64,000 nucleotides of DNA from Opitutales bacterium (GCA_965197745.1 CBDANS010000007.1:1536001-1600000); one strand, 5' to 3'. Shown: positions 9,542 to 19,479, counted from the stretch's first letter. Program-made: numbers and translations. The notes: a model not told the origin generated them from the sequence alone.

Positions 9542-10005
9542 TTGTCATTGCGAGGAGTGATGCAACGAAGCAATCCAGGCGAATAGTCATTGTTCTTACG
9601 AATACCAATCTCGGCTCAGATCTTTCCAAAAAGGGTTCTCTTTTTCAATTAAGGCAATTTTCCTTTTTCTCGAACCGGCTTTGATTTGCTTTTCACGTAG
9701 AATCGCATTTTCAATATCGTAAAAGGATTCGTGATATACCAGTCTATGAATATCGTAATTCTTGGTGAACCCCACCTTTAATTTATTTTTATGCTCCCAT
9801 AAGCGACGTAATAAACTGCGAGTGACTCCTGTGTAAAGTGTTCCATTACGTTTATTGGTGAGGATATAAACGTAATATATTTTGCGCACATATTTATAAT
9901 CGGTTTATATGGGATATTGGTTAATTCGATATTTCTGGAATGGAAGATGTCGTCCCGCAGATGCTGAACTCGGTAGCCGCGTCACGATGCTCCTCGCAAT
10001 GACAA
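9542..10005 (-). mobile_element. GIY-YIG nuclease cassette bounded by REP-like terminal inverted repeats, copy 2 (464 bp)
   Basis: CTCTTGTCATTGCGAGGAG (9539-9557) and CTCCTCGCAATGACAAGAG (9990-10008) form a perfect 19-bp IR; interior is the near-exact reverse complement of 5876-6339. Confidence 0.75.
9596..9889 (-). CDS. Small stand-alone GIY-YIG nuclease (copy 2)
   Basis: Identical to 5992-6285 except residue 3 (K vs T). Confidence 0.9.
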   Translation of the reverse strand: MRKIYYVYILTNKRNGTLYTGVTRSLLRRLWEHKNKLKVGFTKNYDIHRLVYHESFYDIENAILREKQIKAGSRKRKIALIEKENPFWKDLSRDWYS

Positions 10006-10130
10006 GAGTAAGCAAATGCGATCAGCTAACTTCATTACCGCGGGACGACGGCTGATCGTGGTCGTTTCTAAGTTACCTGGTCCCTAATGCCTTTTAGTGG
10101 GGTCGATTTAATAAGCTCAAGTTAATTGAA

Positions 10131-10937
10131 TCAATTTAACCCTCTATAAATATCCCTAATATAGCTTTCTGTTTTCGCCTTATGATGATTCTCGGCAGTA
10201 TTAATACCCGATTTTATTTTATTCAGAGAAATTATCATTTCATCGAAAGTTTTTTGAGCTTCAGCGATACCCGACCCCTCCTGTTCCTGAATTAATTGCC
10301 GGTAATAGGACCCCAGTTTTAACTGGGGGAGAGAAATTTCATGATATGGGGTGCCACGGACCAGTGTATTGTGATTTCTCGTTAGGGAGTTAAAAATTTG
10401 TTCTTCATCTTCTACAGCCTCAGCGGACCTGAATGCTTTGTCTATTTCCCGTTGTGCCGTATCTGAAAACTCCTGATTCTCGCTATCGTAGGCGGCGGTC
10501 ATCGTATTTCTCGCACTGCCTATATATTGGCTTAAATATTTTATTTTAGTCCTGATACTATTGAAGCTTTCATTGACATCAGTATAAATCACTTCGATCG
10601 CTTCCCCTTTTTGAAATGATTCATCAGACTTGGCTAAAGCCATCTCTATTTCGAGATCGATTCGTTTTCTCAGGTTTCTGGCCTTCCTGATAATCGTAGC
10701 AAGTATCCTTTTTTCTTCCCTAAGCTGTCGCTTGAGTTCTTCGATATTCCCATCCTTATTCTTCCTGGATTTTGATTTGCCAAGCAATAATTCAAGTATG
10801 GTGTACGAAGTTTCTGACTTTTGTAGATGAAGGTTCAAACCCTCTATAGCCTGAATCTGCATCTCCCTGGCCATATTAAGCTTAGATCGTTCACTGATAA
10901 GCGATCTGATATCATCTGGAATGGTTAAAGTATTCAT
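10131..10937 (-). CDS. Hypothetical alpha-helical/coiled-coil protein
   Basis: 268-aa AT-rich ORF, charged and helical composition, no recognised motif. Confidence 0.6.
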   Translation of the reverse strand: MNTLTIPDDIRSLISERSKLNMAREMQIQAIEGLNLHLQKSETSYTILELLLGKSKSRKNKDGNIEELKRQLREEKRILATIIRKARNLRKRIDLEIEMALAKSDESFQKGEAIEVIYTDVNESFNSIRTKIKYLSQYIGSARNTMTAAYDSENQEFSDTAQREIDKAFRSAEAVEDEEQIFNSLTRNHNTLVRGTPYHEISLPQLKLGSYYRQLIQEQEGSGIAEAQKTFDEMIISLNKIKSGINTAENHHKAKTESYIRDIYRGLN

Positions 10938-11100
10938 TAATATAAATCCCTGACCCGTTCAATAATGGTAATATTACGGCCGTCTGATACTCCAGTGAAA
11001 GTTAGTAAAGTATTTTATTTTTGTAAGTAAAAAATACTTAAAAACTACGTCAAGTTTTCTTGAATATTATATTACTAGTGCAGTCGTCAAAATGACTGAT

Positions 11101-11559
11101 TTATTCCAATTGATAGTCATAGTTCATAGCCCCTTTTTTCTGGAATCGCCCGGAGGACAAGTCTCCATCATCTAATAATTGATCAATCTGCACCATGACT
11201 TCCAGAGAGGCGTTTGGTTTTAATAACCTTAATGTAGATTGAGCTTTCTGCCACATATAGCCACTGCCCGGCCCGGCACTGGTCGTGTAATTCGCCGGCA
11301 GAAAATCTTCCATTCCCAAGGGAATTTGGTTTAATCCGGCGGTCGGGGGCCAATCCCCGAATTCTGTGTTATAAAGTTCAAAGGCATCGGTATATTTCAC
11401 AAGATTGTTCACCAAAACCGTAGAATGAGATTTTTCGTTCGATTTATTGGCTGCCGGTATTAAAAGTGCCGCCAGGATTCCCACGATTACAACCACAACC
11501 ATGATCTCCACGAGGGTGAACCCTTTTGCTCGGTAGAGAGATTTTTCCTGAGTGATCAT
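11101..11559 (-). CDS. Pilin/pseudopilin-like protein
   Basis: KGFTLVEIMVVVVIVGILAA; IDQLLDDGDLSSGRF. Confidence 0.85.
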   Translation of the reverse strand: MITQEKSLYRAKGFTLVEIMVVVVIVGILAALLIPAANKSNEKSHSTVLVNNLVKYTDAFELYNTEFGDWPPTAGLNQIPLGMEDFLPANYTTSAGPGSGYMWQKAQSTLRLLKPNASLEVMVQIDQLLDDGDLSSGRFQKKGAMNYDYQLE

Positions 11560-11595
11560 TGACAGGAAACTAACAGATATTAACTGAACGACAAT

Positions 11596-13214
11596 TTATA
11601 TTTTACGCCTGAAACGGTAAAATACAAGTGCGCAGCCCAGTCCCATCAGGGCCCAGGTGGAAGGTTCAGGGACGACAGCAAGGTCGAGAGAATTGAGATT
11701 GTAGACAGGCTGGAAAAATAAATTACCGGAAAAGCCAAATTCATCATCGACGGAACCAAACTGTCCTGATCGCGTCCCTGTCCAGGTGAGGACCGTAAAG
11801 GTATCACCTAATACCGGTAAACTCCCTGAGAGGATGATGTCCAGAGAACCGCTCGAGAACGACAGCTCACCGTCAATATTTAAGATACTCCAATCAACCG
11901 TATCCTCAATAGAGACTTCAAAAATACTGCCAGCCGCAAAATGGAGATCAAGATCGACATCAAGAGGGTGTAGGGTATCAGGCGCGATCGTTCCAAAGTT
12001 GCTGAAAGTGGACCCACCGGAAGGATAGACATGTCCAGCCCCTTTAAATTGACCATGGTTAATGACATCATTGGTGATCAATTCCGATTGCCCAGAGTAA
12101 TCAGTGAACATTTCTACGATCCCGTTTGTCCCAACTGTTACGGAATCAGCTGAAAGAACCCCATCGTAATGAATGCGAATCGTATTGGTCGGCCCCGTAG
12201 GGCCAATCGTCCCTACGAAGGCATTACTGGCGGTAACTAAACCCCCGGAAGATCCCCCCCATATATATCCATTATACCCTGGCCGGAAAGGCCCACCTGC
12301 AGATCACCGGCCACTCCTAGAATGGCATTGTCATACACCTCAATAGTTCCGTCACTGCCGGAATTAAAACCAACAATCAAATCACCACCGACATCAACTC
12401 CCGCCGTATCCGTATTGCCCCCTATTGTAAGATCACCGCTACCACTACCGCCCACGACAAAGCGTCCATCGATGTCAAGTTGTGTATCGCCAGTCTCGAC
12501 TGAAGCACTAACTACGATTTCACCGAAACTGCCAGAATTAACCCCAATGATTGCATCAAAACTGCTGTTGTTAACGGTCCCCGTCGCTCCATCGGTAATT
12601 TCGAGGAGACCATCACCCTGGGAGTTTATGCCTACATTCAGGTCCAGGGTAGTGAACTGGGATCCGCTTCCCTCGACAAATAATCTACCGGGGCCGTTTT
12701 TCCCGATTTCTGAAAGGTTGGAGATATTGAGTATTCCCCCTGAATCTATAGTGAGGATACTTTCTGCGCCCAGTCCCGCGCTGTTGGTCGTCAACAGGTC
12801 TACCGCATTGACCGTCCCATCCTGGATTCCCAGATCGGTATCATCATTCCCTCCCTGCGAAAGATCAAAGTCTGAAAGAATATTTAAGGTATTCAGGTTA
12901 AGATTAAAAATCAGCGTATCATCCAGTATTTTGAGAACATTAACAGTTTGAGCCGTAGTAAAACTGACCGTATAACCTGTAGAACCGATATCGAATTTCG
13001 CGGTGTCACCGGAACCTGGAGCGATTCCTCCCGTCCATTTACTGTCATCGTCGAAATTACCACTTACGTCACTGTCCCAGGCGATCACCCCAGCCCATGT
13101 TGGCAGTGGGATTATGCCTATTACTAAAAAGGCAGCTGTTGCGGTCAGGAATTTTATATTAAATTTAATACAATCCGAAATGGCTCGATATAAAAACGGC
13201 ATGAGTTGGTTCAT
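11596..13214 (-). CDS. PEP-CTERM surface protein with beta-strand (autotransporter-passenger-like) repeats; frameshifted at a G7 run (12254-12260)
   Basis: Signal peptide, Gly-rich beta repeats (VGGSGSGDLTI); adding one G joins ORF 12237-13214 in frame to 11596-12111, which ends VPEPSTWALMGLGCALVFYRFRRKI. Confidence 0.85.
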
Positions 13215-13560
13215 CAGCTTATGATAACTAGTTATTATTGATAATATTTAAGTACACGTAATCATTAATCGTTTAAATAAATACCGGCAGGTGAGTAGAT
13301 TTTTTGAAAGAGTTTTAGATATAAGCAAAAAGGAAGCCAATGGCGAGAGAAAAATAAGTAAAAATCCTACACTTATTAGAGATTAAACCCTAGATTATCC
13401 TCTGTAAGTCGTAGCCATGCTACAACCTTCATCGCAGGAGTGTGTTCACATCAGGTAATGCAATTCCAGCATGTCTTTGTTTATCGAAGAAGCTCAATCT
13501 CGATACCATGGCGAATTAAACTGACGATCTTAATCGTGTAACCCCTTAAATTAATTTCTT

Positions 13561-13686
13561 TTGGAGAGACGCGCTCCGTCGCGTCCGCATATATTCCATT
13601 CAATGCTGTACCCTAAAGCGCCTACACGGCCACGACGGAGCGTGGCCCTCCAAATTTTCCTCAATGCCAGGTGGACGCGAGGTGCC
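13561..13686 (-). repeat. Inverted copy of the composite family C pair plus family B arm
   Basis: Aligns by eye to the reverse complement of about 6435-6553, including the spacer (ttccatt...gctgtacc). Confidence 0.75.
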
Positions 13687-13925
13687 TGTCGGTAATAACC
13701 CAGAGGGTGAAGGGTGATCAGGTCCGCGATATCAAGTAATTGGATACAAGCGTGCTTCTACTTTTAATAATACAGTACACAATTTTATGCGATGTTTTGC
13801 ACGATTATTGATTTTAATCATTGATAACTGTAAGGATATATTATAATAATTAATTATCAGTCTACTACTGGAAGTTGCTTAATAAGCGGTACTGATTTTA
13901 AAAATTAAAATCGAAGGAAACTAAA

Positions 13926-14793
13926 ATGAACACAGGCATTGTGAGAAAAATTCCGATACTGGGTATAATACTGTCAATTGGGCTGTGCATGCTCTCAGCA
14001 TCCACTGCTTCAGCGAAACCGAAAAAACACGCATTTCAACTGCCTTCTCATGCCCTTGAAGTGGCCCCTGGATTATTTTATCTGGGCATTGCAGAGGATG
14101 TCGATTTCAGGCCCGTTCAGGGCTTTGCCATCATCCACCCAAGGAGGGGCTTTGGTCATAAACCCGGTCACGGAGGCGGGGGAAATGGCGGCGGCGGAAA
14201 TGGAGGCAATAAAGGTAATGGCGGCGGAGGCGGGTCCACTTGTTTTGCTTTCCTCGCTAACGGTGCCCGATGGAAGGCGACGGAGGATTATGCTGTGGAC
14301 CCGAGTAATGATGACAGTCTCTCAGCTGCATTCGTGACCGATAGCATTGAGGCTGCCCTGACAGCCTGGGATGATGAAGTGGGATTTGATATTTTTGGTG
14401 ATGAAATCAATGCCGTTGTTGACGGGGTAGATGAGGTAAGCCCGGACGGAACAAACGAGTTTCTCTTTGGCAATATTTCCGATCCCGGAGCTATTGCCGT
14501 GACGATTGTCTGGGGAATATTTTCAGGCCCTCCGCGGGGTCGAGAACTAGGTTGAGTGGGACATGCTTTTCGACGATGGGGACTATACATTCGGTGACGT
14601 TGATAGTGGAGATAGTAATGTTATGGATTTCCGGAATATTGTCACCCACGAATGCGGACACGCGGCGGGAATGGGTCACCCCAGCGATGACTGCACGGAA
14701 GAGACCATGTATCGTTTTGCCGACATTGATGAAATTAAGAAGATAGACCTCAACGCCGGAGACATCGCCGGTATTAAAAAACTCTACAAGTAA
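13926..14793 (+). CDS. Secreted matrixin-like (metzincin) metalloprotease; apparent +1 frameshift at 14550-14551
   Basis: Signal peptide, Gly-rich linker; removing one G gives ELVEWDMLF joined to HECGHAAGMGH (HExxHxxGxxH) and the Met-turn TMY. Confidence 0.8.
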
Positions 14794-14917
14794 GACTGAA
14801 GGGATTTTCTGCTGCTGCGGAATTCTATCAGACTATTATAAAGTGATGCTGCGGAGGAGTAATTAATCTCAGATTTATACGCTCGCTAAGTATCAGGCAT
14901 TGTATAAATAGTGAGGG

Positions 14918-15433
14918 ATGAAACGTTTATTAACGGTCGTTATAATTATCACCTTATTGTTCTCTGTCGCGCATGCTAAAAAGGATAAAGGTAAACCGAA
15001 GGGTGATAAAGCTACCGAAAAAGCAACGGTAGTATCAGAAAAATCGAGAGAGAAAGATTCTGATCCCTGGATAAAATTTGAAATAAATACCGGGGAAAAA
15101 GAAATCACCGAAAAATATATTCTACAAAATCAGTCTAAAGGATCAAAAGGTGGAAAAAAAAATAAAAAGAAAGCACTGCCGCCCGGATTAGCAAAAAAGG
15201 TGAGCCGGGGCGGTGATTTACCTCCAGGTTGGCAAATGAAAATTGCCCGTGGCGAAGTGTTATCAGGCGCTGTTTATAAAGAAGCACAATCGCTTCCAAG
15301 TGATCTTATAAGGATACTTCCACCCTCGCCAAAGAGAACTGAATTAATAACGATTGATGGGAAGATTATTCGATTACTCGGCGCGACAAGAGAGATACTC
15401 GACGTCTTCGATCTCGATCCGCTGGTAAATTAA
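14918..15433 (+). CDS. Secreted hypothetical protein with LPPGLAKK/LPPGW motifs (RcnB/CigR-like)
   Basis: Signal peptide, Lys-rich N-region, PPGLAKK...LPPGWQMK. Confidence 0.7.
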   Translation: MKRLLTVVIIITLLFSVAHAKKDKGKPKGDKATEKATVVSEKSREKDSDPWIKFEINTGEKEITEKYILQNQSKGSKGGKKNKKKALPPGLAKKVSRGGDLPPGWQMKIARGEVLSGAVYKEAQSLPSDLIRILPPSPKRTELITIDGKIIRLLGATREILDVFDLDPLVN

Positions 15434-15567
15434 TCTTACGGTCAAAATCGCGTAGCGTCAGGTTAAGATAATTGTAGTTCGTTGTTTTACGATGTATAAA
15501 TTTTCGTCTCCTGTCTATAACGACGCGAACTATTGTAATTAAATATGATAACATAGGCGTAATTGTT

Positions 15568-16020
15568 CTATTTAAAAGAGAGAACATAATTTTTAGAACC
15601 TTGCTTTTGAAATTGTCCCGTATTCAAGTCGCCATCATCGATTTTTTCATCGAGTTCGATCATGGTCTCCTCAGTCGCTTCAGTATTCTGTATTATTAGC
15701 TTTGCCGCACCTGTCCAAATTAAATCACCACCGAAGGGACCGCCCTGGGTGTAACCGTTAGGCAGATAACCCTGCATGCCGGCTGGGATCTTATTCTTTC
15801 CCGCGCCCGATGGCCATGTCCCATTATAAAAATAATACTGATTAAAGGCGTCGGAGTACTCCATTACATCGTTGAGCAACTCAATTCTCTGCGTACTTAG
15901 GGTTACTTTTCTGAAAATCGGTAAAGCCATCGAGGCGAGCAGTGCGATGATTGCAACGACAATCATAATCTCGAGTAAGGTGAACCCTCGCCCACTGTAC
16001 ATACGCGTGCGCATGGGCAT
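15568..16020 (-). CDS. Pilin/pseudopilin-like protein
   Basis: RGFTLLEIMIVVAIIALLA; LDEKIDDGDLNTGQF. Confidence 0.85.
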   Translation of the reverse strand: MPMRTRMYSGRGFTLLEIMIVVAIIALLASMALPIFRKVTLSTQRIELLNDVMEYSDAFNQYYFYNGTWPSGAGKNKIPAGMQGYLPNGYTQGGPFGGDLIWTGAAKLIIQNTEATEETMIELDEKIDDGDLNTGQFQKQGSKNYVLSFK

Positions 16021-16024
16021 ATTA

Positions 16025-16063
16025 TAGAGTAAAACCCCTATATAAGTAGAGTAAAATACTCTA
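16025..16063. promoter_or_regulatory. Tandem putative operator boxes upstream of a pilin-like gene (TAGAGTA-N3-TACTCTA plus an imperfect copy)
   Basis: Perfect palindrome at 16047-16063; TAGAGTAAAACCCCTA at 16025-16040. Confidence 0.45.
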
Positions 16064-16223
16064 TAATTACTATTATTTACCTTTTCTTTACAAAAATATT
16101 ACTGAAAGAGCTAATTCATCTATTATTATCAAAATTAATGACGAAAATGAACTGAACTATTCCCGATGATTCACTGCGCTGTTCGAATATTGTGGACAGC
16201 GAAAATAAATAATACCTGGAACT

Positions 16224-17384
16224 CTACCAGTTGGTAAATGAACCGTCGCGCCGATAAATATGTGGCCCTTCCCAAAATTTAAAGGACTCTTTGGTGGCCG
16301 ATTCTTCATCAACTTCTATCCCCAACCCCGGTCCCTCAGGCACCGGGAAACGGCTGCCTTCTAATTCAGGTTGTAGCGGGAAGATATCTTTATCCGAGAA
16401 TCCGAGATTCTCAGTGGGTGAGGTTCGGACCTCCAGCCAGGCGAAGTTGGGCACAGCCGCTGCGAGGTGAATTGTCGCTGCGGTGCAGATGGGACCCAGG
16501 GGATTGTGCGGCATCAGTTCGATATAATGCGTTTCCGCCATACTTGCCACTTTTACTGCTTCGGTGAAGCCACCGACATTGCAGATATCAATACGCGCAA
16601 AATTCGTAATACCGCGTTCGATGTAGGGAAGAAAATGCCATTTGCTCGATATCTCTTCACCAATAGCAAAGGGGACATCGGTCATCGTTCGGAGCGATTC
16701 ATAGGCCTCTGGAGTCTCGTCGCGTATGGGTTCTTCCAGAAAATCAAGAGTGCCCGATGGCATACGTTGACAAAAGGAAGCAGCTTCAGCGACATTCAAA
16801 CGGTGATGGTAATCGATACCGAGAATCGGTTCATTGCCGACAGACTCTCGCAGTTTGGTTAACCAGGTTGCGGTAGTTGCGATTGATTCCCGCGGTTCAT
16901 AAATGTTTTTATCTTCGTCTGAACCTGGCCAATCGGGCGTCGTCCGGATAACGTTCCACCCATTATTAATCAATAATTTCACATCATCCAGCAACTGGGG
17001 CCCCATCGGTGCCGGTGTCGTAGCAAAGCAGGGGACGAAATCCCTTTGTTTCCCGCCGAGGAGCTGATAGACAGGGACATTGAGAGCTTTACCTGCAATA
17101 TCATAAAGGGCGATGTCGATTGCTGAGATAGCCGCGGTGAGAACACGTCCCCCCTCAAAGTATTGGCCGCGGTACATTTCCTGCCACAGCGCCCCCATCT
17201 GCATGGGATCTCGACCGATGAGGAATTCCCGGTAATGCTTTACTGCACCATCGACTGCCAGTTCACGACCGGAAATTCCTGATTCTCCCCAACCGTAGAT
17301 ACCCTCATCTGTTTCAACCTTTACCGCCATCTGATTGCGTCGGCCTACCCAGACGGGAAAAGTTTTTATATCGGTTATTTTCAA
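16224..17384 (-). CDS. Mandelate racemase/enolase-superfamily dehydratase (galactonate dehydratase-like), copy B
   Basis: KVETDEGIYGWGE, AISAIDIALYDIAGK, DYHHR, FLEEP, AIGEE, PHNPLGP; TTG start. Confidence 0.92.
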   Translation of the reverse strand: MKITDIKTFPVWVGRRNQMAVKVETDEGIYGWGESGISGRELAVDGAVKHYREFLIGRDPMQMGALWQEMYRGQYFEGGRVLTAAISAIDIALYDIAGKALNVPVYQLLGGKQRDFVPCFATTPAPMGPQLLDDVKLLINNGWNVIRTTPDWPGSDEDKNIYEPRESIATTATWLTKLRESVGNEPILGIDYHHRLNVAEAASFCQRMPSGTLDFLEEPIRDETPEAYESLRTMTDVPFAIGEEISSKWHFLPYIERGITNFARIDICNVGGFTEAVKVASMAETHYIELMPHNPLGPICTAATIHLAAAVPNFAWLEVRTSPTENLGFSDKDIFPLQPELEGSRFPVPEGPGLGIEVDEESATKESFKFWEGPHIYRRDGSFTNW

Positions 17385-17430
17385 AGGGTGCTTTATAAAT
17401 TACAGCGATAATGAATAATTACCTGGAACC

Positions 17431-18576
17431 CTACCAGTTGTTTAAAGAACCATCGCGTCGATAAATATGAGGCGACTCCCAAAATTTAAAGGCCTCTTTG
17501 GTGGCCAGTTCTTCATTTACCTCTATACCCAACCCGGGGCCCTCAGGCACAGGAAATCGGCTGCCCTCTAATTTGGGCTGTAAGGGAAAGATATCATCAT
17601 CAGCTGAGCCCTGATCTTTAGGTAAGGCTTGCGCTTCCAGCCAGGCAAAATTTGGGACGGCAGCCGCCAGGTGGATTGTCGCTGCGGTGCAAATGGGACC
17701 CAGTGGATCGTGAGGCATGAGTTCGATATAGTGGGCCTCCGCCATGCCTGCCACCTTCATCGCTTCAGTGAAGCCGCCCACGTTGCAGATATCGATACGC
17801 GCAAAATTCGTAATGCCCCGCTCGATGTAGGGAAGAAAATGCCATTTGCTCGATATCTCTTCACCAATAGCGAAGGGGACATCGGTCATCGTTCGGAGCG
17901 ACTCATAGGCCTCCGGAGTTTCGTCGCGTATGGGTTCCTCCAGAAAATCAATCGTGCCAGAAGGCATTCGCTGACAAAAGGACGCGGCTTCTGCTACATT
18001 CAAGCGGTGATGGTAGTCGATACCGAGAACCGGTCCATTGCCAACGGCTTCTCTAAGCTTGGTTAAGCAGGTTGCGGTGGGAGCCATGGATTCCCTGGGT
18101 TCAAAATTGTTATTCTGTTTATCCGAAAAACCAGTCCGGATAACATTCCATCCTCTTTCAATCAATGAATTTACATCATCGATCAGCTGAGGAACGGTGT
18201 TTAAGGCTGTCGTCGCAAAGCAGGGAACGAAGTCCCTTTGTTTTCCCCCCAGCAGCTGATAGACAGGAACATTAAGGGCTTTGCCCGCGATATCATGAAG
18301 GGCGATGTCGATTGCCGAGATGGCCGCGGAGAGAACGCGCCCCCCCTCAAAGTACTGACCGCGGTACATTTCCTGCCAAAGCGCGCCCATCTGCATAGGA
18401 TCACGACCGATAAGGAACTCGCGATAATGCCTGACCGCACCTACAACGGCCAGTTCACGACTGGAGAGCCCTGATTCACCCCAACCATAAATCCCCTCAT
18501 CCGTTTCAACCTTGACGAGCATCTGGTTGCGCCTTCCCACCCAGACGGGGATTGGTTTTATATCGGTTATTTTCAT
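17431..18576 (-). CDS. Mandelate racemase/enolase-superfamily dehydratase, copy A
   Basis: Close tandem paralog of 16224-17384 with the same motifs. Confidence 0.92.
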   Translation of the reverse strand: MKITDIKPIPVWVGRRNQMLVKVETDEGIYGWGESGLSSRELAVVGAVRHYREFLIGRDPMQMGALWQEMYRGQYFEGGRVLSAAISAIDIALHDIAGKALNVPVYQLLGGKQRDFVPCFATTALNTVPQLIDDVNSLIERGWNVIRTGFSDKQNNNFEPRESMAPTATCLTKLREAVGNGPVLGIDYHHRLNVAEAASFCQRMPSGTIDFLEEPIRDETPEAYESLRTMTDVPFAIGEEISSKWHFLPYIERGITNFARIDICNVGGFTEAMKVAGMAEAHYIELMPHDPLGPICTAATIHLAAAVPNFAWLEAQALPKDQGSADDDIFPLQPKLEGSRFPVPEGPGLGIEVNEELATKEAFKFWESPHIYRRDGSLNNW

Positions 18577-18681
18577 AGGTTGTCCTTATGAATTATTGTT
18601 AAGCTCTACTCCTGACGCTATTTTTTCAGCTGGTTTGAACGAAAAAAAGTTTAGAGCCGATGACAGGGGCATTGGGAAAAC

Positions 18682-19479
18682 TTAGATCTTTTCAACGAGC
18701 TTTCGCAGCCCCTCACCAATCTTCATCAAGTTCGTTTGATAGATGAAGCGGTCCCAGCCGAGACAGAAATGGCGGACGCCCAGATCAATATATCGTTTGG
18801 CCTGTTCCGGTTCTCCAATCTCGATCCTCGGATAAAGACCGAATTCGAGCGATTTTTTGATCACGAGTTCTTCGGTAGCGCGCATCTCTTCGGGGTCCCT
18901 CTTGCCCAATTTGCTGCGGGTGAGCGAGTAATCGGCCGGTCCCCACTGGGTCATGTCGACGCCTTTTTCTTTCGCCACGGACAACACCTCGTCGAGGTTG
19001 TCGACCGCGGAGCCCTTCTCGATCATGATCATAAAGACTATACCGTTAAGATCTTCGAGATAGCTATCGGCACTGAATCCACCGAAGGTCGGGCGTCGCA
19101 GTTTAACGCCCATATGCCCGTCCACCCCCGGGCAATCGGGCCGGATCACCCGGTGACAAATATTGACATCCTCAACGGTGCGCACATCGGTAAAGAGGAC
19201 GGACTTAAAACCCGCGCCCAAGGCAGCCTGCGCCCAAAAAGTCTGGCTTGCCTGATCGAGCTTGATCAAGAGTGGCAAGTTCGAGCACTGCCCCGAACGC
19301 GCCATATGAAAGAGTAATTGAAAGTCAAAAACGGTGTACTCGGCGCTGAATTCCCCGTAATCATACAAACCCGTATCCCCAATGATCTCCGGGAGATCCG
19401 GATCGGAGGAGAGATAATGGGTGCCAATCGTTGGCTTACCCTCGTTAAGTTTCTCACGAAACGTGTTGGACATGATCAT
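18682..19479 (-). CDS. HpcH/HpaI aldolase family protein
   Basis: MIEKGSAVDNLDEVL, GVDMTQWGPADYS. Confidence 0.85.
   Translation of the reverse strand: MIMSNTFREKLNEGKPTIGTHYLSSDPDLPEIIGDTGLYDYGEFSAEYTVFDFQLLFHMARSGQCSNLPLLIKLDQASQTFWAQAALGAGFKSVLFTDVRTVEDVNICHRVIRPDCPGVDGHMGVKLRRPTFGGFSADSYLEDLNGIVFMIMIEKGSAVDNLDEVLSVAKEKGVDMTQWGPADYSLTRSKLGKRDPEEMRATEELVIKKSLEFGLYPRIEIGEPEQAKRYIDLGVRHFCLGWDRFIYQTNLMKIGEGLRKLVEKI

Noticed and set aside
9432..9629. Short ORFs over repeats (also 5846-6103, 6468-6665, 28358-28732, 37803-38040, 51286-51639)
   Set aside because: Peptides such as LDCFVASLLAMT are simply translations of the palindromic repeats.
12322..12951. Long antisense or overlapping ORFs (also 18736-19317, 53219-53965, 54442-55056, 59018-59509)
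   Set aside because: They are shadow frames of well-supported genes on the opposite strand.
14173..14235. GGCGGCGGA-type repeat
   Set aside because: Ordinary Gly/Asn linker codons inside the metalloprotease.
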